A DNA stretch of 53,613 nt from Octopus sinensis (taxonomy: Eukaryota): positions 1-53,613 of the forward strand of contig NW_021833851.1 of the NCBI RefSeq assembly GCF_006345805.1, in the 5' to 3' direction. Under the pieces are notes generated by a model, which did no database searches, was not told where the DNA came from, and saw only the letters and a list, made by a program, of their open reading frames with translations. Each line of letters begins with the position of its first letter. Positions within the stretch are counted from its first letter, which is position 1. A program made the translations under genes and the position numbers. This document shows, one piece after another, positions 1 to 13,154 of this stretch.

Positions 1-338
1 TCTAGCTAGCCATTAGCCATATATATCTTATTAAGTGGGGTCTCTTAAAATCACTAAGGACATAAAAATGAACATGCGTCGAAGAAAAATTATGTTTCTT
101 AAGTAATTGCTTCTAATATTTTGCATTACTTGGTACATGTCACAATTTCAGTTCCATTTGCAGGGATTTGCTGTTGTTGAAACCAGTTCGGCACTATACC
201 ACCCGATAAATATATGATTAAGATCACTCTACCCATTTTGTCCTACCATATCAAGCTTTCCCCTAGATAAGTGGGTTTAGAATTAAATTTCGAATTTGTT
301 CAGAACAGTAAAATCTGATTTAAAAATAATATTCTAAA

Positions 339-671
339 CAGTGGACTCAACCGGCGACCATATGGCCCCTGAGAAGGCCGTATAAGAATTTTGGGATTTT
401 CACGCTACAAAGTAGTAAGCTGGGAATCCACAATAGTATTTAAGGGCCCTCGAAAAATTTTGTTTTAGATATAGGTATTGGTAGTATTGTAAGAAACAGT
501 TAGGTTTCTTTCTCTTAGTTCAAACTCCGCAAGTTAATGTGTAAAATAAAAGTATTTTAAAAGAAGTTTTTTTATAAAACTAATCTGTAAACATCGAATG
601 GCTATGGGGTTCCGCCAGAATAAAAGGTAGTCATAGGGGTTGATAGATAAAAAAAAAGGTTAGTACCCTTG
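339..671. mobile_element. Degenerate hAT-type MITE (non-autonomous DNA transposon)
   Basis: Left end cagtggactcaacc (339-352) and right end aaaggttagtacccttg (655-671) resemble the hAT/Charlie TIR pair CAGTGGTTCTCAACC...GGTTGAGAACCACTG. Flanks attctaaa / ttttaaaa only loosely match an 8-bp TSD. Confidence 0.4.
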
Positions 672-999
672 TTTTAAAAACATTGTATCTAGATTGAAAT
701 CTAGTAGAAAAACTTTGGAGAAATTTAGGAAAATTTGGCTTCAATTCTAGCAGATCTACGGACTACATACAGACCTTTAACGGAATGTATGAAGTAGGAT
801 GAATGTTACACTTGAGAATATTTCTCTAGATACACTCTCCCTGAAAATAATCAGTATAGAAGTTTTTAAAACACCTTTGGTCAGGGACCTACGCTTTCAA
901 TCTTAGTAAGGAGTTAATCAAGCACATCCACAGTTGCCATATTCGGAAGTGTAAGCATAGTGAATGCCCTTCTATTGCCCATAACCAATATCTCAATAT

Positions 1000-1420
1000 A
1001 TTGCTGGCGCGTTGACCTGGTTAGCTAAAAATATCACGTTGTCTTTCCTTCAAAATTATTTCAAGTTTTGCCTCAAGATATGATGTTTTGCTATTATGTC
1101 GGTTCTGGAACAACATTCCTCTCTTCATTTATTCTTCAGCATTTACGCACAAAAATAGTACATATTCATCGGCGTAAACTAGGTTCCTTAGTATCTTTAT
1201 TCTTCATAAGGATTGTGCATTCAAAAATCATATCTCCCTATATTCACACACCGCATCTCTAACACAAGTTTCACATAATCTGACCTTCACTCTCAGGTAA
1301 AAATAAATACGTTGCTTGCAGTCATAATGGTTCCATGAGTTTTTTTCCCCAACCATTAATTCTCCGACTACTTTGCATATCCCATAATGCAGTTCCTCAG
1401 AAAACTAGGTAATCTTACCG
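1000..1420 (-). pseudogene. Possible highly decayed LINE reverse-transcriptase fragment
   Basis: Minus strand 1182 down to 1153 reads LVYADEYVLF, similar to the RT YADD motif. No other motif is clearly recognisable, so boundaries are approximate. Confidence 0.25.
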
Positions 1421-2078
1421 AAAACAAACGCCATTTGAAGAAGATGGAAATACATAAGAATAACACCCGCCTTGCAATTGCTGATTAGGAACAGCCTCTT
1501 TAACCTCTTCCATGGCGGTACCCTACAGATAATGCACATTGAATGCGATCTGCAAATATATGTCTATAAATTAATTCCTTATTTAAATTTCACAATGTAT
1601 TATTCAAATGTGTCATAATTCGCCATTCATACGATCGTGATTTATCAATACATACACGGCTTGGTGTAGTTTATAAATTTTCCAAAGGTTGTCTGTCGAC
1701 AATATCAGACGTGAGGAATAACCTCATAAGTTGTCAACTATTGACCTTCTGTTGTATTCAGTAATGATAAGATTCTAAAATATAACCTGAATATATAAAT
1801 ATTGAATAATTTACATTACGTTTATGTATTCATAACATATAAAAGCATACACTCTCTAGCGTTATCTATCATTTTCTTTCGGGAATTTCAACAATATAAA
1901 TTGATTTCTCATTCTATCTGTTTGTCTCTCTCTCTCTCTCTTTTATTCTCTGTTTTCCCCTCCCCCTCCCCCTATCTCTCTCTTTCTCAAACATACGTAG
2001 TCTGTATAAATGTGTATATGTATTTAGCAATTATAGTTACAAGTAGAGGTCAAGTTCTGGAAAAAGCAGAGAAACACC

Positions 2079-2175
2079 ATGTATGTATGTATGTATGTAT
2101 GTATGTATGTATGTATGTATGTATGTATGTATGTATGTATGTATGTATGTATTTGTGTGTATTTATTGATGCATC

Positions 2176-2213
<38 letters not shown>

Positions 2214-2220
2214 ATATATG
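2079..2220. repeat. (TATG)n followed by (TA)n microsatellite
   Basis: Seen directly; accounts for ORFs 1802..2221 and 2079..2342. Confidence 0.97.
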
Positions 2221-2467
2221 AATTTTTAGTAATGTATAAGACTGCATATGTACGTATATATGAATGTATGTATGTTTATATATATATATATATATACATA
2301 GATAGATATGCATATACAGTGAGAGGAAGAGAGATATATTGACAGATTAACACGTTAAATTTACATACATTCACACATATACATACATATATATATATAC
2401 ATATATATATGTGTGTGTGTGTGTTGTGTAATATATATATATATAGATATATATATATATATAATAT

Positions 2468-2500
<33 letters not shown>

Positions 2501-3262
2501 TATATATTATATATATATATATATATACACATTCTGTTTTAGGTAATAACAGCCAGACTATAAAGCTGGTAGAGCAGGGAGACTGTCCCTGATGTAAACC
2601 AGAAAATTACACGTTATAAATAACCATTTACACTACACAAATACATGTTACAGGTCAGTGCAAAACGTTATCATCTCTCATTTTTCACATATTCATGTTA
2701 ATGTAACGTAAAAATATTCAAGATAAAAGGGAACCCATTCGCTCTACAACTTTTCTACGTCTCTTACATAATCGATGAATGTTTGATTCAAGTTAACATG
2801 AAAATTCCTGAAGCAAAATAAAAGAGAGATTGTTCTTTTTTACTTATTTAAGTGGTCAATATTTGAATATATTCTCTGTTCTATTAAATATTTGGTCTTC
2901 ATACTTGTGGGATATTGTGTTTAGATAAACGTCCCTTCCTGTATTTGTAAATACGTGGTGTGCATTTGAGTGTATTCAGAAAAAAAGTTACAATAATCAT
3001 GACCACTACCTGAAAAATATTATGTTGCTTAAATAGATGCCTGCCAGCAATAAAAGGGGTTCAATATTCGAATACATTATTTACACGAATATATTATGCG
3101 CAGCGCTGCAGTATATAAAATGTTTAGCAATTGCAAACAAATATGCATCTACAACTTAGATTATGTGAGAACATGTAGTCATCATGTATATATTTATTTA
3201 GCGTGTGTTATCTATGTATGTATGTAAATATGTCTGTATGTCTGTATGCATGTATGTATGTA

Positions 3263-3312
<50 letters not shown>

Positions 3313-3345
3313 CACATACATACATGCATATATATATATACATGC

Positions 3346-3375
<30 letters not shown>

Positions 3376-3376
<1 letters not shown>

Positions 3377-3803
3377 ATATAATTATAATATAAAGGGTTA
3401 TTTGCAACAAGTAGCTTAAACCACATACCGAAAATATTAGAAATAGCAGTCAATGGGCTACTATTACTAATTACTACAAAAATAAGTCTCCACAAACAAC
3501 AGTATTTGTAACACAAAGACAACGAAATCACACAGTCTACTTGGTGATTTCGTTGTCTTCCTTCATTTTACCATATACGGGTTACAAATACTGATGTTTG
3601 TGGAGACTTATTTTTGTAGTAATTAGTAATAGTAGTCCATTTGACTGTTATTTCCAATATTTTCGGTATGTGATTTAAGCAACTTGTTGCAAATAACACT
3701 TTATTATAATTATATAATTTTTACCGAATATAGTCCTTTCCATACCGAAAGGCTACTAGGTGAAATTTATTGATTTTAAATTAATTATATTATATTCACA
3801 CCT

Positions 3804-3808
<5 letters not shown>
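3376..3808. mobile_element. Fold-back (inverted-repeat) insertion between (TA)n tracts, probable Penelope-like non-autonomous element
   Basis: About 3376-3512 is the imperfect reverse complement of 3581-3715. Inner stem aagacaacgaaatcac (3516-3531) / gtgatttcgttgtctt (3544-3559) has a 12-nt loop. The right arm runs on about 90 nt to a (TA)n tract near 3810. The repeat is seen directly; the PLE assignment is inference. Confidence 0.6.
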
Positions 3809-3845
<37 letters not shown>

Positions 3846-3882
3846 TTTGTTGTATGTGCGTATACATACACACATACACACG

Positions 3883-3965
<83 letters not shown>

Positions 3966-4342
3966 TATCTTATTTTGAGACTAATAGGTGTATAGCAGTT
4001 AGTGTGCTGATCAAAGCCCTAGCACAGTTTGGGCTACCTTATGTCATCCGCAGTTTTAGTTGAGTTAATAATTGATTAAGGAAACAGACGATACACATAG
4101 TATTAGTGTTTATTTCATTCGTTGTTATATATTTAAGATACCAAGATATCAAAAATTGACAAAGTATAATTGAATAATTTTGCTATGGAATGGCAGAACT
4201 ACATTTTCGTTTTCAGAGAATGCAACGCTTAGGAATTACGACATATACATAAGTATACATATACATATATGTCTGCATATATATATACACACATATATAT
4301 ATATGTATACATGCATACATAGACATTATATTTCAAAGTATT

Positions 4343-4513
4343 GTATATCAAAATGGCAGACTTTGTCACACTCTCTGTCACGCTGAATCTCCCTCAGAAC
4401 TACGGTAAGGGCATTCGTCACTGTGGGGTGCTTAGCCACCTGCACGTGAATTTCACGAAAGCTGTTCCATTGATCCTATCACCCTGATCCTCGTCGAAGT
4501 AACCAACGGAAGT

Positions 4514-4514
<1 letters not shown>
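4343..4514 (+). mobile_element. 3' fragment of tRNA-derived SINE (family C, same as 52106-52430)
   Basis: gtcacgctgaatctccctcagaactacggtaaggg...gctgttccattgatc...cctcgtcgaagtaacc aligns by eye with about 52270-52415. Confidence 0.8.
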
Positions 4515-4553
<39 letters not shown>

Positions 4554-4593
4554 ATTATATATATATATATATCTATATATATATATATCATAC

Positions 4594-4628
<35 letters not shown>

Positions 4629-4690
4629 TAAATACATATATATATAGTATATACATATATATATTATACATATTATATAATAATAAATAT

Positions 4691-5843
4691 CAGGGAATAA
4701 ATCCAAACTTACAGGGAAAAATCAGATTTAGGATTGAATCCAATTTTATAGTAAAATATTATATTATATTAAATTAGAGACAAAACCACATTCATAATCT
4801 TTAATTAACGTAGGTTTCTCACGCGCAAAGAATTCCTCAGCAATTTATTCTATTTTTTTTTTTTGCTAATAACGTAATTCCATGAGTATTCTTTTAAACG
4901 CTGTATAAGACGTTTTTTGATTCAAAATATTTGTTCATTGTTTAAAACTCGCCAAGAAAAGTATGTATCTTTTTAAGATCTTCAAATTGTTAACTTTTAA
5001 TATTGTATAAGCCTTTGGAGTAATAATATTCTCCTTATGTAATTATTGTTGTTTATGTAATGATCTAATTATCGTAATTTTCTATGTTTAGATTAAATAA
5101 AATAGATAAACTTTGATAAAATTAGATATGTTTCACTAAGATGGTCTACGCCATGTCTAATTTAATAGCATAATTTATATTAGATAATTATTCCCATTCA
5201 TAATTATGTTTATAGTACTTATAGTATTTATTTTATACTATATTACTCAAGATTGAATATTTCTATAAATATTTTACATAAGATTTTGAAAGTCAGTTTA
5301 AGTTAGTTTATTTGTATTTTGAAATTAGCTATTTCATCTTTAAATATGAAAAATTAATTTATTAGGTTTTCATTATATACAATTATTTATAGAGATTATT
5401 ATCTTGATTATAATATTTATATATATTTTCATTGATAATTTATATATATTAGTCTTTTAAATATTTATGTAATTAGATATAGACTAATATTGATATTAGA
5501 ATATGGGTTTCTACCTTAATTAAAGTAATATTTAACATTATAGTCGATTTCGATATAATCATATTTAATAATAGAGTTTATTATAAGTAAATTATTATTT
5601 TAGATTATATATATTATTTATATCTTAAAAATATTGATTATATTTTAGATTTTGAAACCACCTGATGAATGACTGCGACTCAAAAATTTGAAGACAGCAG
5701 GCAGGAAACGATCGTAGTGGGATATTAATTATATTTTTTAATAATTTTGTTACATATTTAAGTAATATAAATTAATCATATGTATTGGCTTAAGTCTTTC
5801 ATTGTTTGATTTGCCTAATAGTGGTTTTGTCTCTAATTTAATA
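4691..5843 (+). mobile_element. AT-rich hammerhead-bearing element with inverted terminal segment (Penelope-like / retrozyme-like, non-autonomous)
   Basis: Perfect 23-bp inverted repeat 4767-4789 / 5821-5843 (tattaaattagagacaaaaccac), hammerhead motif at 5658-5720, (TA)-rich microsatellites on both sides, no recognisable ORF inside. Confidence 0.6.
5658..5720 (+). ncRNA. Type I minimal hammerhead ribozyme motif
   Basis: Stem I CCAC(5658-5661)/GUGG(5717-5720); core CUGAUGA 5662-5668; stem II UGACUGC/GCAGGCA (one mismatch); GAAAC 5705-5709; palindromic stem III ACGAUCGU; GUA triplet with predicted cleavage after 5716. Confidence 0.75.
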
Positions 5844-5893
5844 CATATATATATATATATAGATAGATACAGGCATACATACATACATACACA

Positions 5894-6452
5894 CAGGGTG
5901 CGATAAGTAAGTTTTCGCGATTTTATATGTTTAATTTCGTGTATGCACATTACTTATTTTTGATTTTGTCGACTACACAGCTTACAGGGTCAGTCTCTGA
6001 GGAAAATAACACCATGATGCAATTCACTCTGCCACAAATTTGGAAAAGACATGCTGTGTGGCTTAGAGTTCGCGTCAGAAGATCCAAGACCTACATTTCT
6101 TAGTGTATGGGTGTCAATCACAGGGTGTCAAACTCCCCAGACTGCAACACCCTTGAATATGTGTAGGGTATAGTTGAGCGAAAGGCCGACAAAACTCCTT
6201 ATAACAGGAAAGATAAACTGAAAGCAAGCATTATGGCAGCATTCACCAACTTAAATAAACAGACTGTCTAGAAGATATTCCTAAGCCGTCTGGAGGCCGA
6301 AATTGAAGCCAAATGGCGATTTTTCTGAATAAAATTACTATTTAGTGTTTCAAGATATTTTTATGTAATTTTGGTAAATATATCTGTTAAAATGACATAG
6401 CAATATTATTTTCATTTTTGCGTAATTTAGACAAAATATTCACTTCACACTG
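5894..6452 (+). mobile_element. Internally deleted mariner/Tc1-superfamily element (DD37D/maT-like transposase C-terminus)
   Basis: About 6130-6330 translates as SNSPDCNTLEYV*GIVERKADKTPYNRKDKLKASIMAAFTNLNKQTV*KIFLSRLEAEIEA, matching the (W)PPNSPDLNPLDY..WG and RLEAV..A.G motifs. Termini are cagggtg... and ...cacactg followed by TA. Confidence 0.7.
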
Positions 6453-6863
6453 TATATATGGATATATATTGTATCTATGAAGATACATAAATATATATAT
6501 ACATCTAACGTAGGATAAATTTTTTCGAAAAAAAGTTTTATCAATGGCCCAGCATATTAAAAAAATACCTTTAAAAGTTAATTTTATAAATAACTTATAA
6601 AATAAGGGCAAGATAAAAATTCTAATGCCAAATATGCCGAAAATATAATTTATGCGTCCCGAAACAAGCCGATAGAAATTTCTAAAAAATTCCGTTATTA
6701 CCGTATTGGTCCCAATTTCAGAGTTAATTCATGAAAAATTTCTCCTCCTCAGCAATAAATACGTAAGACATAAATGAAATACTCATACTCATGGAAAAAT
6801 CAAGCACTAAGTCCTGAGCAGACCTAAGTACCCCATATATAATTATATATATATATTATATAT

Positions 6864-7116
<253 letters not shown>

Positions 7117-7688
7117 CAAACAGATAGGTAGATTTGAACAATTGTATTTTCCGTTTATATTTCGTATTTCCCCGCTTCATTTGGCTTTTGCTATTTCATG
7201 ACCGTCATCTCGAATTCTTGCATTTAATGAAACCAAGGCAACGCTTTTATTACAACCTAACATTTCGAAAGAAAAGAACAAAGTGTAACCAATCAAATAG
7301 CACCAGCTAAAATGGCTGTTAATAAGCTGCTAAACTCTATACAAATACCTGTAACGTAGACAGCGCCCAACACTATCAACAAGTAAATGCTTTTAAAACG
7401 TACGCCAACTCCATGTCACATCCATTTAATTATAAATGCTGGCAGATTATGCTTTGGTGTAATGCCACTGCAACTGCTGCTGTTGATGCTGCTGTAGCTA
7501 CGTGTGTTGCTGCTGTTAATGCTGCTGTAGCTACTGGTGTTCCTGCAGTTGTCGATGCCGTATTCTATAAACAAGTATTTAACCCTGTTTCAGTGAATCA
7601 AATGTTTGATTATACTAATTGCGCACAGATTCTGCGAGTAACGTCTTTTATTATTTCAGTTTTATATATATATACGTATATATATATA

Positions 7689-7721
<33 letters not shown>

Positions 7722-8083
7722 CAATATATATATATACATACATATATATATATATTATATATATATATATATTATATAATATATATAATATATAGTATAT
7801 ATATATATATACATATATATATATACACATATATAATATATACATATATATATATAATACACATATATATATATACACACAACATATATATATATATACA
7901 CATATATATATAATATATATACTGATATATATATAACTATATATATATATATATTGGGGGGCGTGTGCGTGCGTTGTTTGTGTACCTCGGTGTGTGGTGT
8001 TGTTTGTGTATGTCTATTTATATATTGTATATATATATACATATAAACACACATACATATATATATATATATTATATATATAG

Positions 8084-8121
<38 letters not shown>

Positions 8122-8706
8122 TACATGTGTATGTATATGTATGTATGTATATGTAAACGTGTATGTCTATATAGAATGTGAGAGATGGCTAGGAAGGAAG
8201 AAAAGAAACAAAAAGAGTAGAAAAGAGGAAACTATGCAATGAAGGTGCATTAAGGCACACACACATACAAGGACAAAAATTTATTTAATGAATGCGCAGC
8301 TACTCACTACGCACTTATATTGATACAACGTAGGTGAATTGAATATAGTAAGAAGCCAACGAATTGTAACTTCACTTGGAATGAAGCACGTTTATTTTCA
8401 AACCACGCACACATCCATCAAGACATACTTACATATTTATACAGAGATCAGAGCGTTGTAGTTCGCTTGAAGAATCGTAGTATAAAAGGATAAAATGAAG
8501 GAATGAGGAAATAGAAAAAAGCGACTAACAATGCAGTTTTACATAAAAAAAAACCTTTATATTTCAGGCGCAATCGTGTATAATCAGAAGAAAGCATTCC
8601 AAGAAATGAATATTTACATCGGAATCGTTTATTACATTATATTTATACATTTACACACACACATATATGTATAGATATAGGTATATATATATATATATGT
8701 ATATAT

Positions 8707-8749
<43 letters not shown>

Positions 8750-8779
8750 ATATGTATGTATATTATATAAGATAGTATG

Positions 8780-8810
<31 letters not shown>

Positions 8811-9105
8811 TATATGTATATATATTAATAAAAGGAATTCCAACCTTGTCTGATTTCACGTTTTATTTTCAATCTTATAATGATATAAGATAATATATAT
8901 AATAAATAAAATAAAATAATAGAATGTTAAATGTTCATTCTGATTGAACTAGTACTTTCATGCATTAAATTCTGCAATCTTCAGGTTCATGTAGTAGTGG
9001 TGACAGTCATGCTTCACAATGTTTGAGTGTAGCGAGATGATTGAATCTGTGCCTTAAATACAGCTGTGAAGGCTCCAGATTGCTAGGTTTTGCAAACTGT
9101 ATTCT

Positions 9106-9180
9106 GACCAATCAGTGTGTAGTATCACTCAATTACTTAACCTGATTGGTTGGTTGAGCTGATTGGTTTAGGCGTCACGC
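9106..9180. promoter_or_regulatory. Cluster of three CCAAT (NF-Y consensus) boxes
   Basis: gaccaatcag 9106-9115; ctgattggtt 9142-9151 and 9159-9168 (both aaccaatcag on the minus strand); ggcgtcac at 9171. Motif match only, no evidence of function. Confidence 0.3.
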
Positions 9181-9223
9181 TTTGTTGGACACGTCAAGAG
9201 TCCTGTATCATGTATATATATAT

Positions 9224-9270
<47 letters not shown>

Positions 9271-11234
9271 CATACATATATATATATATATATACATATA
9301 TATACATACATATATATATATATATATACATATATATGTATATAATATATATGTATATGTATATATATATATAATAATATATATATATATATATATACAC
9401 ATATTTACATAGACACATATACACTCACATATGTGTGTGTGTGTCTGTGAGTATCATTATCTTCGTATGTACCTGTGTATGTATGAATGAATACATTGGA
9501 ATATGTGCTACTGGTTACTCTAAAACAAAGGAACATACCTAATCGTAGATCTATTCAATGATGCTTTCCATACTGCTTAAAGCACACCACATCTCACCTA
9601 TGCTAATATATACACATACATAAAGACATGCAAACCTCAATACAAACTTATATGAATGATTACATGCCAAAAGTCAAATTGTAGAATCCGCTTTACAATG
9701 TAAAGTTTACCAAGAGACTTACTTAACGTATGTCTCTTGTGAACTCGTTTTGTAACATTTTACATCTTTAATACTATTTTTTCCGTGCGAAAAACTGCAG
9801 CGTCTGGCGTTTAAATAACAGACCAATGTTATGGACGTGACACTGGTGATGTTTACATCGTTAAAAACATTAGGATGGCAACCTACTGGAAACAGAGGAG
9901 GAAAAGTCCACACATGTGTATACTAGTGCAGGGGGCAGCACACAGCAGAAATCATAGATATATAAATTTAAAAGGACTGTAGACAGCCAAGCTGACATAC
10001 AGTATTGTTTTATTGCCAATCTTATTGCTAAGGATGAAAGCGCTGACTGGCTGGCATAAATCCATATAGTTCCTTTAGTTTAGCAAACAATACTCATAAC
10101 ACTTGCATATTCTGTCGTGTCTAAAGTCTCTCAGATCGTTCTGAGTCTGTTGATGTATACGGAAAGAAGAGAATACATGTATATGTTGAAGAAGCTGTGA
10201 TAAATATAACTGAAATTCGCTTTTTTGTCCACTCAGTAACAGCTGCTGTCATTAAAACCTCCGGAAATATTCTCGGCCGTCTTAATTGTCATTTGAAAAC
10301 GTCACAAAGACTAGAATGTGATAAACTCTCCTCACCTGTCATCGATGGTGTGTAGATTATACATTTTCCCATGTGATTTTTTCTGCGTTTTCTAACACTT
10401 TAAATCCTGATATTTATTAAGAAGTTAGTAAGTTGTTTTCTGATGGTGTGCTCAAATAGTGTCTAAGTGAACGGAAAAATATAGCGGCGGAATTGACGGT
10501 GATGTGCAGACGTGAGAAGAATAGAAGTAATTCAGGAAGTTACCTAACTTGAAGTGTCTGAGAGAATCCCTAGCCCCTTCGACAAAAAAAAAGCAATAAT
10601 AAAATGTAAGCGCACAAATTGAACGGCCGTTTCATTTCACCTACTTCAGATGAAATTGGTCGAATTTTGTTGCTTTCAAAGCATTTACCTCTAAATGCAA
10701 CAATAAATAAGCCTGTGCCATTTTTGTTTTTTACTACAAAGATGATTTGTCTGCAAATTATATTAAAATAGAGATAAATCAGAAACACCTGTTCGTTTCC
10801 TCCGAGTTGTAGCTTGAATTATTCAACGAAAGTTTATTTAAAAATCAGGCAATATCTGTCAGTTATTCAAAGCAACAGGTGTTGAAACGCTATGCATTCT
10901 GTTCGGAGAAAGAAGCCATCTAGCGCTAAAATGGCATTTTCACATTTCTAAGTAACTCTCGCAAGGATTTCGATCTAAATTAGACGCTTTTGAGGTGATT
11001 TACAACCAACATTCTTCCATATTATTTTGCAGGAGAAACGAAGAGCATCAAACAATTGTACTATGCAAGGTCTTTTCTTCTTTTGTATCGAAGGATTTCA
11101 GGTGGAGTATTACATTGTCTTCTCAGCTGATTTTTGCGGGAAACATATTTATGCTGATAAATTGTTTGATATACTCATTCGTGATTCATGTTCTAACCAG
11201 ATCGAAAAATAATGCTTGTATGTATGTAAGTGTG

Positions 11235-11355
11235 CGGTTATAAGCTTGGTTCCGGTATCGGCCTCGCTGCTTGGCACATTGGTGTTTTTTTCTATACCCT
11301 CCAGCCGACCGAATCTTGAGTGGAATCGGTAAACGGAAATTGCAAGTAGCCCGTC

Positions 11356-11398
<43 letters not shown>

Positions 11399-11405
11399 GT
11401 GTGTG

Positions 11406-11449
<44 letters not shown>

Positions 11450-11625
11450 ATATATAAAGAAAATAATTGTTTTTTCTTCTTTTTATGAATATAAGCTATA
11501 TTTTTACATATATACCTATCATTTTAAGGACATTTATTCCTCCAAAATACTAAGTATTGAACCAATATTTCCTTGGATGAAACCAGCCGTTCAAGGGGTT
11601 AATACAACCTCTAATGGAATTTAAG

Positions 11626-11661
<36 letters not shown>

Positions 11662-11890
11662 ATTATGTATGTATGGAAGTATGTAAGTGTTTCTTTGTGT
11701 CTGTGTTAGTCCCTTCCCCACCGCTTCTTAGCCGGTGTTGGTGCCTTTAGGTTCCCGTACGGTAGCAGTTCAGCAACAAGGATCGATAGAAGAAGTACTA
11801 GGCTTAAAAAAGGGAATTCTGTTCGACTAAAACCCGTCCAGACAGTGCCACAACATGGGCTCAGCCAAATGACTAAAACGAGTAAAAGAC
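11235..11890 (+). mobile_element. SINE family A copy split at its internal microsatellite
   Basis: 5' body (ggcacattgg...cagccgaccg...aaacggaaattg...gcccgtcgtatata) at 11235-11360 and 3' body (gttcagcaacaagg...gttcgactaaa...aaatgactaaaacgagtaaaag) at 11690-11890, separated by microsatellites and about 170 nt of unrelated sequence. Confidence 0.75.
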
Positions 11891-12425
11891 CAACGCTAAA
11901 AACCAAAGAATATAAACTCAACATATAAATTCAATGGGCCCCCCAATGGCTGGTTTGTTCTTATGAAGAGTCCTTCATTATAAATGATGCGAGAGAAATA
12001 CATAAAAGAAAACGATATCGGTTTTTTTAATATTAAAAATTTCACCAGAACAAGACAACGTTCATTACTCACAGCAATTAAAGAATTTATGGACCAAGTA
12101 CGATGAATTGTGTTTATGTTTGTCAGTATAATCTCTTTGTTAATGTAACTGAATTGATATGTATTAAATGTTTATGTTACTGTTATTTGTTATCGAGTTA
12201 TCGAGTTATATGGTGGAGAAGTTGTAGCAGCCGTTCTAGATATTTTTGTTTCGTTTCATTTTATGTATTTTTGTGATTTTGTTGTTCTGTTTTGCGTCAG
12301 TCTGCGATTGGAATCCATTTAAATCTCATTGTATACAATCACAATAAACTGAAATAAATTGAATTGCGTGTATACACAGGCATAGAATAACGAACACTTA
12401 TATATGAGGACATATACACACATAT

Positions 12426-12480
<55 letters not shown>

Positions 12481-12515
12481 ATATATATATGTGCGTGTGT
12501 ATATATATAATATAC

Positions 12516-12565
<50 letters not shown>

Positions 12566-12694
12566 TATACATATATATATACATATATATTAGATATATA
12601 TAATATACATATTATATATATATAATATCTATTATATCTATATATATACTATTATATATATATATATCTATATATTATATATATATAATATACA

Positions 12695-12732
<38 letters not shown>

Positions 12733-13088
12733 TAAGGACACAAACACACGCACACACATATATTAACGTGGACATGCGTGTACGTCTCTTTCGATGTAGC
12801 TATATGTATTACATGAACCATACATGTCGCCACATATTAATCTTAGGTAAGTATATACATGTATATGTCTACAATATTTAAGCGTGCGCGTGTGTGTGTG
12901 TATGTGTGTGTGCGAATTCCTATGTCTATTCCTGAATGTGTGTATGTAAGCATACAATCAAGTATCAACGCAATAATCGCTCTTATGTGTGTGTGTGTGT
13001 ATGTCGGCTTATTTCAGAAATACGTAGCCCATTAATAAATTAACTATACGTGCAGTAGCCTACATATATTTACATATACATACATACA

Positions 13089-13154
<66 letters not shown>

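Noticed and set aside
4790-5640. Possible mitochondrial insertion (very AT-rich)
   Set aside because: No recognisable mitochondrial gene, rRNA or tRNA motif; better explained as the interior of the hammerhead element.
7413-7913. Ala/Val-rich ORF with a 33-bp tandem duplication (7475-7540)
   Set aside because: Degenerate (GCT)n tract running into (TA)n; no evidence of coding function.
9925-9942. CTCF-like motif gtgcagggggcagca
   Set aside because: 5' half mismatches the consensus; single motif with no supporting context.
11020-11075. Possible micro-exon (ttttgcag|GAGAAACG...CAAG|gtcttt), with a similar pattern at 20578-20627
   Set aside because: Weak donor sites, no recognisable peptide, no consistent frame. 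Would need RNA-seq.
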